Assembly (NCBI GenBank): GCA_045646345.1
Contig: JAZRKN010000001.1
Location: 128,001 to 192,000 of the forward strand
Direction: 5' to 3'
DNA length: 64,000 bases
Origin: Candidatus Scatovivens sp.
GTDB lineage: Bacteria; Bacillota; Clostridia; TANB77; CAG-508
Part shown: piece after piece, positions 49,788 through 60,549 of the stretch
Position numbering within the stretch: position 1 is the first letter of the stretch
Layout: every line of letters starts with the position of its first letter
Notes under the pieces: generated by a model
Databases searched by the model: none
Told to the model about the DNA's origin: nothing
The model's input: only the letters and a program-made list of their open reading frames with translations
Made by a program: the position numbers and the translations under genes

Positions 49788-50228
49788 TTAAAAAATAGCT
49801 CCAACTATTATTCCAAGAGCCGCACCAACAAATACCTGAATTGGTGTATGCCCAATAGCTTCAATTAATTTTTCTTGTACTTCTACAGTGGTAAGTCCAG
49901 GAGTTTCTAAAATTTTATTTAAAATCCTAGCTTGTTTTCCGGCCGCCCTTCTAACTCCTGTTGCATCATACATTACAATAAACGCAAAAATTATTGACAT
50001 TGCAAAAATTCCAGAATCAAATCCATATTCCCTTCCAATTAAAACAGAAAGAGAACAAACAATTGCAGAATGTGAACTTGGCATTCCACCTGCTCCAACA
50101 ATTCTTTTCACATCTAATTTTTTGTTTTTTACTAAGTCAGAAACGACTTTAAATACCTGTACCGCAAACCACAGAAAAAACGGTATGTAAACACATTTGT
50201 TATATATAATATCATTAAATATTTCCAT
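49788..50228 (-). CDS. divergent PAP2 family protein (DUF212)
   Basis: GGMPSSHSA, VMYDATGVRRAAG, GHTPIQV. Confidence 0.92.
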   Translation of the reverse strand: MEIFNDIIYNKCVYIPFFLWFAVQVFKVVSDLVKNKKLDVKRIVGAGGMPSSHSAIVCSLSVLIGREYGFDSGIFAMSIIFAFIVMYDATGVRRAAGKQARILNKILETPGLTTVEVQEKLIEAIGHTPIQVFVGAALGIIVGAIF

Positions 50229-50233
50229 AATAC

Positions 50234-50467
50234 TTATTCTTCAGGAATGAAGTTTTCCTCCTTTATTTCATCATTAGTATTTATTAATATAGTAATTCTT
50301 TTTTCTGCATCCTCTAATTTTGAATTACAGTCTTTTGAAATTTTCATTCCTTCTTCAAATAACTTAACAGATTCATCTAAAGATAATTGTTCTTTTTCTA
50401 ATTTGTTTGTTATTTCTTCTAATTTTTCAATTAACTCTTCAAAGTTTGATTCTTCTTTTTTACTCAT
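50234..50467 (-). CDS. xseB: exodeoxyribonuclease VII small subunit
   Basis: FEELIEKLEEI..KLE..LSLDESVKLFEEG. Confidence 0.93.
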   Translation of the reverse strand: MSKKEESNFEELIEKLEEITNKLEKEQLSLDESVKLFEEGMKISKDCNSKLEDAEKRITILINTNDEIKEENFIPEE

Positions 50468-50527
50468 TTATTTTCTCCAATTTTGATTTATTCTTTATTT
50501 ATTCAATTCTATGATTCTTTTATTATT

Positions 50528-50998
50528 TTAATAATCAATTTCTACTGTTTTTGTATTTAAATTAACTTTAAAATAATTTTTTACACTAGCTGATTCTTTT
50601 GAAACAACTGCTATAATATATTCTCCTTTAGCATTTACAGAATCACATCTAAATGTTACTGTATCATCTTCGCCCCAAGTTTGTTTTACTAAATCAATTG
50701 CTTGTTGCTTTTTATCAGTTGTTCCCAAATCAGAATTTGATTCATATACTGTTCCTTGTGGTTCAACCTTTGTTACATTTTCTATAATAGGTTCTTCAAC
50801 TTTATTTTCAACTTTGTTTTCGACTTTATTTTCGTTAACTTCATTTTCTTCTAAAACACTATTGTCTATCCTGTTTTCCTCTAGAGTTTCATTTGCTATA
50901 TTCATATCTTTATCATTATCTTTAAAACAGCAACATAAAACAATTACTACGATTATTATTGCAAATACGGCAATAACTATTTTTTCTTTTTCATTCAT
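50528..50998 (-). CDS. hypothetical membrane-anchored protein
   Basis: N-terminal TM, ENKV repeats, small C-terminal domain; inserted between xseA and xseB. Confidence 0.75.
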   Translation of the reverse strand: MNEKEKIVIAVFAIIIVVIVLCCCFKDNDKDMNIANETLEENRIDNSVLEENEVNENKVENKVENKVEEPIIENVTKVEPQGTVYESNSDLGTTDKKQQAIDLVKQTWGEDDTVTFRCDSVNAKGEYIIAVVSKESASVKNYFKVNLNTKTVEIDY

Positions 50999-51021
50999 AA
51001 TTCATCCCTCGTTTCTTTATA

Positions 51022-52209
51022 TTAAATAACTTTTGCTTTTGCATTTCCATCTTGGAATCTTAAATCTATTTCCATTCCTGTTTTTAAATCTTTTGCTTTT
51101 GTTATTACTTTTCCATCACTTTCTGTTAAACAATAACCTCTTGTTAATGTTTTCAATGGACTTAAAGTATCTAATCTTGTAATTATTTTAGCAGCTTCTA
51201 ATTTTGAGTCTTTTATCTTTTTTATGCTACTATTTTCCATAGATTTTATAAATCTATCTATTTTTATGTAATAATCGTTTATACGATTAAATGGATCTTT
51301 AAAAACTCTTGAGTTCATTATTTTTTCATATCTTAATCGCATAAGTTCTATTTTTCTTTTCAAAGACATTTTCAATCTTCTTTGATATAAATTAATTGAA
51401 TATTTTAAATCTTCTACATCTGTAACTGCAAGTTCAGCTGCTGCCGATGGTGTTGGCGCTCTTAGATCTGCCACAAAATCTGCAATCGTAAAGTCTGTTT
51501 CATGTCCAACCGCAGAAATTACAGGTAGTTCAGATTCATAAATAGCTCTCGCAACAACTTCTTCATTAAACGGCCAAAGATCTTCGAGAGATCCTCCACC
51601 TCTTGCTACAATTATTACATCTGCTAATTTCTTTTCATTCATAAGTCTTATTGCATTTGCAATTTTTATTCCAGCCCCTTCTCCTTGAACTGGTACTGGT
51701 AAAAGTCTTATATATACATTTGGATTTCTTCTAGTAGATACATTTATAATATCTCTAATTACAGCCCCAGTATTTGAAGTTAATACACCAATTATTTTTG
51801 GCATAAATGGAATTGGCTTCTTATGAGCTTCATCAAACAAACCTTCTTCTTCAAGTTTCGCTTTTAATTTTTCATAAGCAATATGTAAACTTCCCATTCC
51901 ATCTTCTTGCATTGCTTTACAATAAATTTGATATATACCATCTCTTTCAAAAACAGAAACTGTTCCTAAAACCAATACTTTCATTCCATCTTTTGGAACA
52001 AAATTTAAAGTAGCAGTTGAAGTTTTAAACATAACGCATTTTATTAGAGAGTTTTCATCTTTTAATGTAAAATACATATGCCCACTATAGTGGTGCTTAA
52101 AATTTGAAATTTCCCCCTTTACAAACACATTATTTAAAAACTCATCAGCTGCTACTCGATCTTTAACATATTTATTTAATTCTGTTACAGAAATAGGATT
52201 AATTTTCAT
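51022..52209 (-). CDS. xseA: exodeoxyribonuclease VII large subunit
   Basis: GEISN, SGHMYFTLKD, RGGGSLEDLWPFNEE, GHETD, APTPSAAAE. Confidence 0.97.
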   Translation of the reverse strand: MKINPISVTELNKYVKDRVAADEFLNNVFVKGEISNFKHHYSGHMYFTLKDENSLIKCVMFKTSTATLNFVPKDGMKVLVLGTVSVFERDGIYQIYCKAMQEDGMGSLHIAYEKLKAKLEEEGLFDEAHKKPIPFMPKIIGVLTSNTGAVIRDIINVSTRRNPNVYIRLLPVPVQGEGAGIKIANAIRLMNEKKLADVIIVARGGGSLEDLWPFNEEVVARAIYESELPVISAVGHETDFTIADFVADLRAPTPSAAAELAVTDVEDLKYSINLYQRRLKMSLKRKIELMRLRYEKIMNSRVFKDPFNRINDYYIKIDRFIKSMENSSIKKIKDSKLEAAKIITRLDTLSPLKTLTRGYCLTESDGKVITKAKDLKTGMEIDLRFQDGNAKAKVI

Positions 52210-52627
52210 TAATTTCTCCATTTAGATTTTTTTCTTTTACTACACTTGCTAAAATCCCATTTACAAATACAGGTGCTGATTCATCAGCGTATTTTTTTGC
52301 AAGTTCTACAACTTCATTTATCGCTACTTTGTATGGTAATTGTTTATATACCATTTCATAAATTGCAAGTTTTATTAAACTTAAATTAATTTTTGAAATT
52401 CTATTTAAACTCCAATTATCTTTTAAATTATTTGTTATTAAAGAATTTATTTCATCTTTATTTTGGTCTATACCTTCTTTAATATCTTTTAAATAATTAA
52501 TAACTTTTTCATCTGTTATTTCATTATTCTCTACGAATATTTCAAATTGTTCTTCTTCTAATTCTTTTTGAACTTCAAGTTCATATACTAGTTTAAAAGC
52601 TAGTTCTCTCATTGCAGATCTTTGCAT
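52199..52627 (-). CDS. nusB: transcription antitermination factor NusB
   Basis: RSAMRELAF, W..RI, VAINEVVELAKKY, FVNGIL. Confidence 0.95.
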   Translation of the reverse strand: MQRSAMRELAFKLVYELEVQKELEEEQFEIFVENNEITDEKVINYLKDIKEGIDQNKDEINSLITNNLKDNWSLNRISKINLSLIKLAIYEMVYKQLPYKVAINEVVELAKKYADESAPVFVNGILASVVKEKNLNGEINEN

Positions 52628-52636
52628 GATATCCTC

Positions 52637-52852
52637 CTAAAATTTATCAATAAATTCCTTTAATTTTTCTTTAACATTTGCTTTATTTTTTTGTACATAA
52701 TTTCCTAAAAATGCACCTGCTAAAACAATAACTAAATATACTAGTAATTTGTATAATTCAGTGAAACATAATATTAATGCTATTAATCCTCCTATTATCG
52801 CTCCTCCGCATTTATTAATAAGAGTATTTAAATTGTTATTTTCATTTTCCAT
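52637..52852 (-). CDS. DUF2273 small integral membrane protein
   Basis: Two TMs; canonical position asp23-amaP-DUF2273-nusB. Confidence 0.8.
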   Translation of the reverse strand: MENENNNLNTLINKCGGAIIGGLIALILCFTELYKLLVYLVIVLAGAFLGNYVQKNKANVKEKLKEFIDKF

Positions 52853-52856
52853 ATTA

Positions 52857-53486
52857 TTATTCCTCCCCATTATTTTCTTCTGTTTGAGCTTCTTCTGCTA
52901 TATTTTCTTCTGTATCTTCAACTTCTTCTGTAGGAGATGGTAAACCTTTAACTTTTTTTGATGTTATGTTTTTGATTTTAATATTAACTTCTTTAACATC
53001 CAAATCAGCTGTACGTTTCATTGCATCTTTAATTTTTGTTTGTAATTCATTTGATATATCTTTAAGCATTACATCTTTGCTTACAACTGCTGTTACAAAA
53101 ACAATTAAATTTTTGTCTTTATCTAATATAGTTCTGCTTGACACTATATCAGCCCCCGGAACATCTTTAATTACACTAGCAATTAAATTTTCTAAACTTT
53201 CTTTAGAAATTACTAATTTACCACTTGAATTTTCTAAAATTATTCCATCTTTTCCATTATCTTCTGGTTTACTTGTAAAGAAAAATCCTTTTATAGCAAG
53301 TAATACCAAAATTCCTAATATTCCGGCTGCAATTTTAATTCCTAAATCATTATCTGTAAGTTTTATTACCCAAGCCCCAAGTTCTGTATATGGTACTATT
53401 CCAGTTACTACTAATAAAACCAATACTGCTATTGCTAAAACTAATATTGAGAATATTTTTAAAGCAAACTTATCTAACCATTTCAT
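52857..53486 (-). CDS. amaP: alkaline shock response membrane anchor AmaP
   Basis: Two N-terminal TMs, G.L.IS..LE motif; synteny. Confidence 0.82.
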   Translation of the reverse strand: MKWLDKFALKIFSILVLAIAVLVLLVVTGIVPYTELGAWVIKLTDNDLGIKIAAGILGILVLLAIKGFFFTSKPEDNGKDGIILENSSGKLVISKESLENLIASVIKDVPGADIVSSRTILDKDKNLIVFVTAVVSKDVMLKDISNELQTKIKDAMKRTADLDVKEVNIKIKNITSKKVKGLPSPTEEVEDTEENIAEEAQTEENNGEE

Positions 53487-53507
53487 ATTACATTTCCTCA
53501 CTTTACA

Positions 53508-53954
53508 CTATTCTTCATTTAATTCTGTATTATCTTCTTCTGTTTTTGTGTTTTCTTCTTTTTCAGTTATTGCATGAACACCTTGAACATGTACATTAAC
53601 TTCTAAAACTTTTAAACCTGTCATATTTTCAACAGCTTTTTTTACTCTTGTTTGAATTTCAAATGCTACTTCTGGTATTCTTGCTCCATATTCAACAATT
53701 ATATTTACATCTATTTTAGCATCTTTTTCTCCAACATCAACTTTTATACCTTTTGATAAGTTTTTCTTACCACTTATTGTTTCTGTTATTCCTGAAGCAA
53801 ATCCTCCTGCCATACTATAAACACCAGAAACTTCTGAAACTGCTATTCCTGCATAAGTAGCAACTGCTTCATTTGCTATTTTTATTGTATCATTTCCTTC
53901 TACTGGAATTTCTTCTAAATTTTCTACCACATCTTGATTATTTTCTTCCATCAC
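53508..53954 (-). CDS. Asp23/Gls24 family protein (YqhY-like)
   Basis: IKIANEAVA..AGIA..EV.GV, KGIKV, YGARIPEVA, VNVHVQG. Confidence 0.93.
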   Translation of the reverse strand: MMEENNQDVVENLEEIPVEGNDTIKIANEAVATYAGIAVSEVSGVYSMAGGFASGITETISGKKNLSKGIKVDVGEKDAKIDVNIIVEYGARIPEVAFEIQTRVKKAVENMTGLKVLEVNVHVQGVHAITEKEENTKTEEDNTELNEE

Positions 53955-54048
53955 ATAACCTCCTTCATATATGATTTTTTAACCTATTTTAGTATATCAA
54001 TATATTGACTTTTTTACAAGTAAATTATTTGTGTTCTAACTAAATTAA

Positions 54049-55026
54049 TTATTCAAAGATTTCACCAATTTCTATTTTATTTCCTCTCAAAAAATCTCCT
54101 ACATTCATCCTCTTTGCATTCTCTCCTTGGATTTCTAAAATAGATATAACTCCATCTATAGTTTTTATAAATAAACCTTGTTTTTCATTTGCAAAAACTA
54201 CCGTTCCAGGTTTTAACTCTTCTATATTATCAATATTATTTTTTTCTACAAGTATTGAAATTTCTTCTTCTGAAACTATTTGAACTTTCCAAATCTTTAT
54301 TTTTTTATCATTTAAAAAGGTATAAGTTCCCATAATAGGATTTAATCCTCTTACAAGATTTTTAATTTCGTTAGCATTCTTTTCTTTCCAATCTATTTTT
54401 GACATTTCTTTATCTAACATTGGTGCTAAAACAAATTCTTCAGGTTGTGGAGTTCTTACAATTTTCCCATTTGAAATATCAGTAACCACTTTAGTTAAAA
54501 GCTTAGCGCCTATTCCTGATAATCTATTCCATAATTCTCCTGTTGTTTCATCGTTTCCAATTTCAACTTTTTCTTGAAGAATAATATCACCAGAATCCAT
54601 TCCTGCATCTAAATACATTATAGATACACCAGTTTCTTTATCACCATTTAAAATAGCCCATTGAATTGGAGCTGGTCCTCTATATTTTGGTAACATAGAT
54701 GGATGAACATTTATACATCCAAGTTGTGGAATATTTAAAAAAGATTTTGGTAAAATTACACCATAAGATACCACACAAACTAAATCTGGTGCTAATTCTT
54801 TTATTTCATTTTTAAATTCATCATTTTTTGAAATTTTTTCTGGTTGAAATAATTTTAAACCTTTTTCTAATGCATATTCTTTTACAGGAGAAGCAACTAA
54901 TTTCATTCCTCTTCCTGCCGGTCTATCTGGAGTTGTTACTACTCCACAAATTTCAAATCCTGCATTATATAACATATCCAAAGACTCTCTTGCAAAGTCC
55001 GGAGTTCCCATAAATAGTATTCTCAT
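54049..55026 (-). CDS. fmt: methionyl-tRNA formyltransferase
   Basis: FMGTPDFA, PDRPAGRG, INVHPSMLPKYRG, MDSGDI. Confidence 0.97.
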   Translation of the reverse strand: MRILFMGTPDFARESLDMLYNAGFEICGVVTTPDRPAGRGMKLVASPVKEYALEKGLKLFQPEKISKNDEFKNEIKELAPDLVCVVSYGVILPKSFLNIPQLGCINVHPSMLPKYRGPAPIQWAILNGDKETGVSIMYLDAGMDSGDIILQEKVEIGNDETTGELWNRLSGIGAKLLTKVVTDISNGKIVRTPQPEEFVLAPMLDKEMSKIDWKEKNANEIKNLVRGLNPIMGTYTFLNDKKIKIWKVQIVSEEEISILVEKNNIDNIEELKPGTVVFANEKQGLFIKTIDGVISILEIQGENAKRMNVGDFLRGNKIEIGEIFE

Positions 55027-55049
55027 TAATTAGTTCCTTTCCATTTTGA

Positions 55050-55535
55050 TTAATCTTCTTTTTCTTTTGGTTTCATTGTTTCTAATGTTCCTGGTTTTAC
55101 AATTTCCACAAACACATGACCATCTAAGTGATCTATTTCATGACACAAAGCTTGAGCTAGCAAATCTTTAGCTTTTAATTTAACTTTTTTTCCATCTAAA
55201 TCTAAAGCTTCAACAACAACCTCTTTTGGTCTTTCAACTTTTCCAAATTTATTTGGAAAACTTAAACATCCTTCATCTACCTCTTGAACACCTTTTGCTT
55301 TTACTAAAACAGGATTTATTAAAACAAATTGCATTCCTTCTTCATATAAGTCTATAACAATTATTCTTTTTAAAACACCAACTTGAGGCCCTGCTAAACC
55401 AACCCCATCCCATTTGTGCATCGTTTCAATCATATCTTGAGCAAGCTCTTTAATTTTATCATCTATTACTTCAATTTCTCTTGCACGTTTAGATAAAATT
55501 TCGTCTCCTTCGTATCTTAAATTTCTAATTGCCAT
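55050..55535 (-). CDS. def: peptide deformylase
   Basis: GVGLAGPQVG, EGCLS, HEIDHLDG. Confidence 0.97.
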   Translation of the reverse strand: MAIRNLRYEGDEILSKRAREIEVIDDKIKELAQDMIETMHKWDGVGLAGPQVGVLKRIIVIDLYEEGMQFVLINPVLVKAKGVQEVDEGCLSFPNKFGKVERPKEVVVEALDLDGKKVKLKAKDLLAQALCHEIDHLDGHVFVEIVKPGTLETMKPKEKED

Positions 55536-55570
55536 TTTTATTACTCCTCTACTTTTATTTTATTCACAAA

Positions 55571-57820
55571 TTAACTCATTGTGCTTGGATTTATATCAAC
55601 CACAATACTCGTATCTTTAGCCTTTTTTATTTGTTCATCTTGAATTGCAAAATTAATTATATCCAATACTTTAGATGTAACTTTACACTTAATTATCATC
55701 CTCCACCTATATTTATTTTTTATTTTATCTATTGGTGAAGGAAGCGGTTTATATATTTGTATATTATCATTTTTTACGGAATTTATTTTTTTATAAACCA
55801 ATTCTGAAACTTTTTGTATTTCTGTTAAGTTTTTTCCTGTAAACCTGATAAGTATTATATCGCAAAATGGCGGATAATTCAACATTTTTCTCAAATTCAA
55901 TTCTTGATTATAGAACAAATCATAGTCTTGTTTTTGAGAATCTATAATTGCATAATGATCCGGATTATAAGTTTGAATTATTACTTTTCCCTTCTCTTCT
56001 CTTCCACTTCTTCCAGAAACTTGTACTAATGTTTGAAATGTTCTTTCAACAGCTCTATAATCTTCCAAATTTAAACTCCCATCAGCAGCAATTACCCCTA
56101 CTAAAGTTACATTTGGAAAATGATGACCTTTAACAACCATTTGAGTTCCAATTAAAATATCTATATTTTCATTTTTGAAAGTATTTAATATTTCTTCATG
56201 GGAATTTTTCTTACTAACAGTATCAATATCCATTCTTATCGTAGATGCTTCTGGATATAATTTATTTATTTCTTCTTCTAACTTTTGAGTACCCGTTCCA
56301 AAATATTTTACTTTTTTGCTATTACATTCTGGACATTCTCTTACTACCGGCATTTCAAATCCACAATAGTGGCATTTCAATCTATTACCATTACTATGAT
56401 ACGTTAAACTAATATTACAATTTTTACATTTTGCAACATATCCGCATTCGCGGCACATCACAAATGTTGAATATCCTCTTCTATTCAAAAATAAAATCGT
56501 TTGTTTTTTATTTTTAATATTATTCTCAATTTCATTTTGTAATTTAAAACTAAGCATAGATCTATTACCAGATGCTAATTCGTTTCTCAAATCAACTATT
56601 TCTACATCTGGTAAAGTTGAATTTGTTGCTCGTTTAGTTAATGTATAAATTTGTATTTCTTTATCTTCAGATTGTTTCATTGTAACAATATCTGGAGTTG
56701 CACTTCCTAATACTAAAGGGCAATTGCTTTTCTCTGCAATATATTTTGCTAAATCCTTAGCATTATATCTTGGTGTAGAATCAGATTTGTAAGAAATATC
56801 GTGTTCTTCATCTATAATTATAATTCCTATGTTTGTAAGTGGTGCAAATATTGCAGACCTTGCGCCTATAACAATCTTAGCTTCACCTTTTGCGATTTTT
56901 TGCCATTCATCATATCTTTCACCAATTGAAAGTTTACTATGCAAAACTGCAACAACATCACCAAATCTTGCTAAAAATCTATCTACCATTTGTGGAGTTA
57001 ATGAAATTTCTGGAACCAATACTATAGCTTCTCTTCCTATTTCTAAAACTTTTTGAATTAATTGTAAATAAACTTCCGTCTTTCCAGAACCAGTAATTCC
57101 ATAAATTAAATGTTTAGAAAATTCACTGTTTTCAATACAAAAACTTATAGAAGTAAAACATTTTTCTTGTTCTTCATTTAAAACTTTAGGTTCGTCTTTC
57201 TCAATATTCTTATGAATAAATGGATTTCTTTCAATTGGTTTTTCAATAATTTCTATATATCCATTTTTTTCTATAGTTTTAAAAACGCTTCTATTTACAT
57301 CAGTTAAAATTTCTAAATCAGAAATATACACCCCATCATTTTCAATTAAAAATTTCAACACTCTAATGTGTTTATCACTTTTTATCTTTCCGTTTTCTAT
57401 ATCTGCTTCAATTTCTTCTGCATCTTTTTTCAAGAAAATAAAATTACCAACTTTTTCTTTCGCTCTATTAGCAAGTTCTTTTCCGCCAGTTCCCGGAGGA
57501 AGCATTAACTTTATACAATCAGAAATATTACAAAAATACTTTCTAGCCATAAGTTTAGCAAGAGTAATATTATTTTCTGTTAAAGACTCTTCTATTTCAA
57601 TTTTTGCAATTTCTTTTAACGTTATGTCTTCGTTTTTGGCAATTTCAGATTCTTCTTTTAAATTAATAACAAAACCGTCTTCCAATTTTTTCCCTCTTCC
57701 AAACGGTACAAAAACTCTAGCTCCAACTTTTATGTTTTTTTCCATTTCTTTTGGAACTATATAATCAAATATTCTATTTAAAGCTTTTGCGTTGCTATTA
57801 ATTATAACTTCAGCGTACAT
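55571..57820 (-). CDS. priA: primosomal protein N'
   Basis: GITGSGKTEVY, DEEH, four CxxC, GTQMVVKG, QVSGRSGR. Confidence 0.97.
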   Translation of the reverse strand: MYAEVIINSNAKALNRIFDYIVPKEMEKNIKVGARVFVPFGRGKKLEDGFVINLKEESEIAKNEDITLKEIAKIEIEESLTENNITLAKLMARKYFCNISDCIKLMLPPGTGGKELANRAKEKVGNFIFLKKDAEEIEADIENGKIKSDKHIRVLKFLIENDGVYISDLEILTDVNRSVFKTIEKNGYIEIIEKPIERNPFIHKNIEKDEPKVLNEEQEKCFTSISFCIENSEFSKHLIYGITGSGKTEVYLQLIQKVLEIGREAIVLVPEISLTPQMVDRFLARFGDVVAVLHSKLSIGERYDEWQKIAKGEAKIVIGARSAIFAPLTNIGIIIIDEEHDISYKSDSTPRYNAKDLAKYIAEKSNCPLVLGSATPDIVTMKQSEDKEIQIYTLTKRATNSTLPDVEIVDLRNELASGNRSMLSFKLQNEIENNIKNKKQTILFLNRRGYSTFVMCRECGYVAKCKNCNISLTYHSNGNRLKCHYCGFEMPVVRECPECNSKKVKYFGTGTQKLEEEINKLYPEASTIRMDIDTVSKKNSHEEILNTFKNENIDILIGTQMVVKGHHFPNVTLVGVIAADGSLNLEDYRAVERTFQTLVQVSGRSGREEKGKVIIQTYNPDHYAIIDSQKQDYDLFYNQELNLRKMLNYPPFCDIILIRFTGKNLTEIQKVSELVYKKINSVKNDNIQIYKPLPSPIDKIKNKYRWRMIIKCKVTSKVLDIINFAIQDEQIKKAKDTSIVVDINPSTMS

Positions 57821-57919
57821 TTTATCTCCTTTTTACAGATAATATTTTAGCATAAAATTCATTTTTAGTAAACAAAAAAAGGACACAAAACTGTATCCTC
57901 TTCTTTATTTACTACCTCT

Positions 57920-59803
57920 TTAATCTACAATTTCATCTCCTTCTCTTTCGTCTTTTGTAAGCCATCCTTTCTTTAATAATTCTTCATCCTTTTGTTTTCT
58001 TGCTGCTCTATGTTCTTCTAATACCATTTCATTATATTTTTTAGTTATTTCTTTTATTTTATCTGGACCAATTTTATCAAAAACTTCTTTTGGCCCCATA
58101 TTTAATAATCCTTCCGGTTCCTCAATATTTCTATCTAAATAATGGTCTACATTATCATCTTTATAAAACATTCTATTAAAGAACACTCTTTTTAAATATT
58201 TAGGTGAAAAATTAACGTCAGAATTCTCAGCTAACATATTTACAAATTTATCAATTTTTTCTTCTTCTAATTTCCACATCCTGTTATTATCAATAGTTCT
58301 AGAATCACTATAGAAATGAGTTACAGTTTCTACGTTTTTTCCTTCTTCTTGTAATCTTGTTGTTTCCACTCTCATAGCTTCTTCTAACTTTCTTGCATAT
58401 TCGAGTTCCGGAGTATTTGTACTTAAGTCATATCCCCATGTTCCAATATCTTCATATACATATCCTAATTCTTGCAGCAACATTTTAACTGCAATTCTTT
58501 CATCTCCAACAAATAGTCTAACATTCATATTTTCCATTTCTTTTCTTTTTGTAGGATCTTTATATCTTTCTTTATATTCTTCTAATTTCATAAGAATAAT
58601 AGCTTTATCTGATAATTTCAAATCTCCATTAAAATATGTATCCGATTCATCTATTGATAATAATCCATCATTATTAACTTGTTTTTCAAAAGGCTCTACA
58701 ATTATAAAATTTCTTCCCTCAAAATTACCATACATATGACTAGCAACTAATCCATTCAATGTCCAATGAGATGTTCTCCTATTTATAAATGAATACAATC
58801 CAAAATCCTTTTGTTCCAAACCACTTTCATTTATTTCTCTTCTAAACAAAGAATCTTCTAATTCTGGCATACTATGTTTGTCTAATATTTCAACGACTCC
58901 ATGTTTTGGAAAAACATTTGTAGTTCTAACTAAAACTAAATCAGATGCTGTCGTTTCTTTATTTAATCTTTCTTCCGCTCTTTTTCTGTTCACTCTATCT
59001 AGTTTTTTTAATTCATCTTCTTTTGCATCATAAATAACCAACGGTTCTTTATCATATTGAACCTCATATTGTTGACATATTTTTCTTTTTGCTCTTTCTC
59101 TCATAAAGTCACTTTCTTTAAAATATTTTACAAAATATTCATCAGTTTCTTCGACTCCATTTAGAAAATCATGAACATATTCATCATACATTCTTTCTTG
59201 TTCTTTTTTGTCTTGAACACTTTTAATTCTTTCTATAACTTTATTTGTTGTAAAAATTTTTAATCTACCCAATGCTTGTTCTAAAAACTCATCATTACTT
59301 ATACCTTTTTCAAAATATGAGCTCATTATGTTATGTATTTCTAAAATACTTAATGGATTCATATCGAAATTTCTATTTTTATCATCTGGATATCTTTTAT
59401 AAAAATCTAAAGCTAATTTTTCCATTTTTTCATACTTATCTCTATGAACACCAGGATAAAATACACATTCATAAATTTCATCTTCTAATCCTTGAAACAT
59501 ATGTGAAAATCTAATTTCTTTTCCAACTTCACCTATAGAATGGTATTGTTTTTCCAATATTCTTTCTACAATTTCTAAAGGATCCTTACAATTTTCAACC
59601 TCAAATTTAACATCACCATTATTCACTAGTAGTGCAAATTTAGTAATCGCATATTGTCTTCTTAAATTTTTTGTTTCTTCATCCATAATTGGATTAGAAT
59701 CAATTTCTTTTAATTCTTTTAAGACTTTTTCAATTTCTTCTTCATTTATTTTTTGTTGTTTTTTAGCTTTTAATTTTCTTCTCATATCAGATAGTATTCC
59801 CAT
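57920..59803 (-). CDS. hypothetical protein (627 aa, charged, with a motif-rich central domain)
   Basis: Long ORF with AGGAGG SD; LVLVRTT..P, RRTSHWTLNGLVASHMYGNF, ESDTYF. Confidence 0.8.
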   Translation of the reverse strand: MGILSDMRRKLKAKKQQKINEEEIEKVLKELKEIDSNPIMDEETKNLRRQYAITKFALLVNNGDVKFEVENCKDPLEIVERILEKQYHSIGEVGKEIRFSHMFQGLEDEIYECVFYPGVHRDKYEKMEKLALDFYKRYPDDKNRNFDMNPLSILEIHNIMSSYFEKGISNDEFLEQALGRLKIFTTNKVIERIKSVQDKKEQERMYDEYVHDFLNGVEETDEYFVKYFKESDFMRERAKRKICQQYEVQYDKEPLVIYDAKEDELKKLDRVNRKRAEERLNKETTASDLVLVRTTNVFPKHGVVEILDKHSMPELEDSLFRREINESGLEQKDFGLYSFINRRTSHWTLNGLVASHMYGNFEGRNFIIVEPFEKQVNNDGLLSIDESDTYFNGDLKLSDKAIILMKLEEYKERYKDPTKRKEMENMNVRLFVGDERIAVKMLLQELGYVYEDIGTWGYDLSTNTPELEYARKLEEAMRVETTRLQEEGKNVETVTHFYSDSRTIDNNRMWKLEEEKIDKFVNMLAENSDVNFSPKYLKRVFFNRMFYKDDNVDHYLDRNIEEPEGLLNMGPKEVFDKIGPDKIKEITKKYNEMVLEEHRAARKQKDEELLKKGWLTKDEREGDEIVD

Positions 59804-59951
59804 AACTCTTCCTCCTGAAAAAAAGTTAAAACTCTACCATTATATTATACCATAAAACGCCTTTTTTTTCAAATTTTTGAATATAAAGATACCTCACACA
59901 ATTTAAAATAAAAAACAGTATTACTACAAAGAGTTATACTGTTTTAATTTT

Positions 59952-60518
59952 TTATTTATTTTCGCTTGCTAACATTTCTTGTCTTATTATTTCTTCAATT
60001 ACATTAACAGATTTTTCTAAATTATCATTTTTTAAAACATAATCATATAATCCTATTTTTGATTCTTCATAATCAAATCTGTTTAATCTTAAAATTATTT
60101 CTCCTTCAGAAGGTTTATCAATTCTATTTTCCAATCTATGTCTTAGCTCTTCTTTTGGAACTCTTAAAAAGATTGTTACTATTTTTATATCTTTTAAAGT
60201 TTCTTTTAATTTTTCTGTTCCATTAACATCGATATCTTTGATGATAATTCCTGATTTTGATTCTTCATTTAATATTTTCTTTGAAGTTCCATAATAATTG
60301 TTGTGATGAATGTCATATTCATAGATTTCATCATTTTTTATTTTTTCTTCAAATTCTTCTTTTGATAAGAATATATATGTTTGACCAGGAACATCACCTT
60401 CTCTAGGTGGTCTTGAAGTGAATGATGGAATCGATTTTACATTTTCCATTCTTTTTATAATTTCTTTTTTTATTGTATCTTTTCCTGCTCCTGCTACTCC
60501 AGATAATATAACTAACAT
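59952..60518 (-). CDS. gmk: guanylate kinase
   Basis: SGVAGAGKDT, TSRPPREGD, NYYGT, DIDVNG. Confidence 0.92.
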   Translation of the reverse strand: MLVILSGVAGAGKDTIKKEIIKRMENVKSIPSFTSRPPREGDVPGQTYIFLSKEEFEEKIKNDEIYEYDIHHNNYYGTSKKILNEESKSGIIIKDIDVNGTEKLKETLKDIKIVTIFLRVPKEELRHRLENRIDKPSEGEIILRLNRFDYEESKIGLYDYVLKNDNLEKSVNVIEEIIRQEMLASENK

Positions 60519-60549
60519 AAATTTTACCCCTTTAATTTTATAGTTTAAA

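Noticed and set aside
50790-50845. ENKV short repeats in the 156-aa protein
   Set aside because: Ordinary low-complexity stalk of a membrane-anchored protein
179-59514. Numerous 60-200 aa opposite-strand ORFs in the track
   Set aside because: All lie antisense to well-supported genes, lack SD sites and have no recognisable motifs
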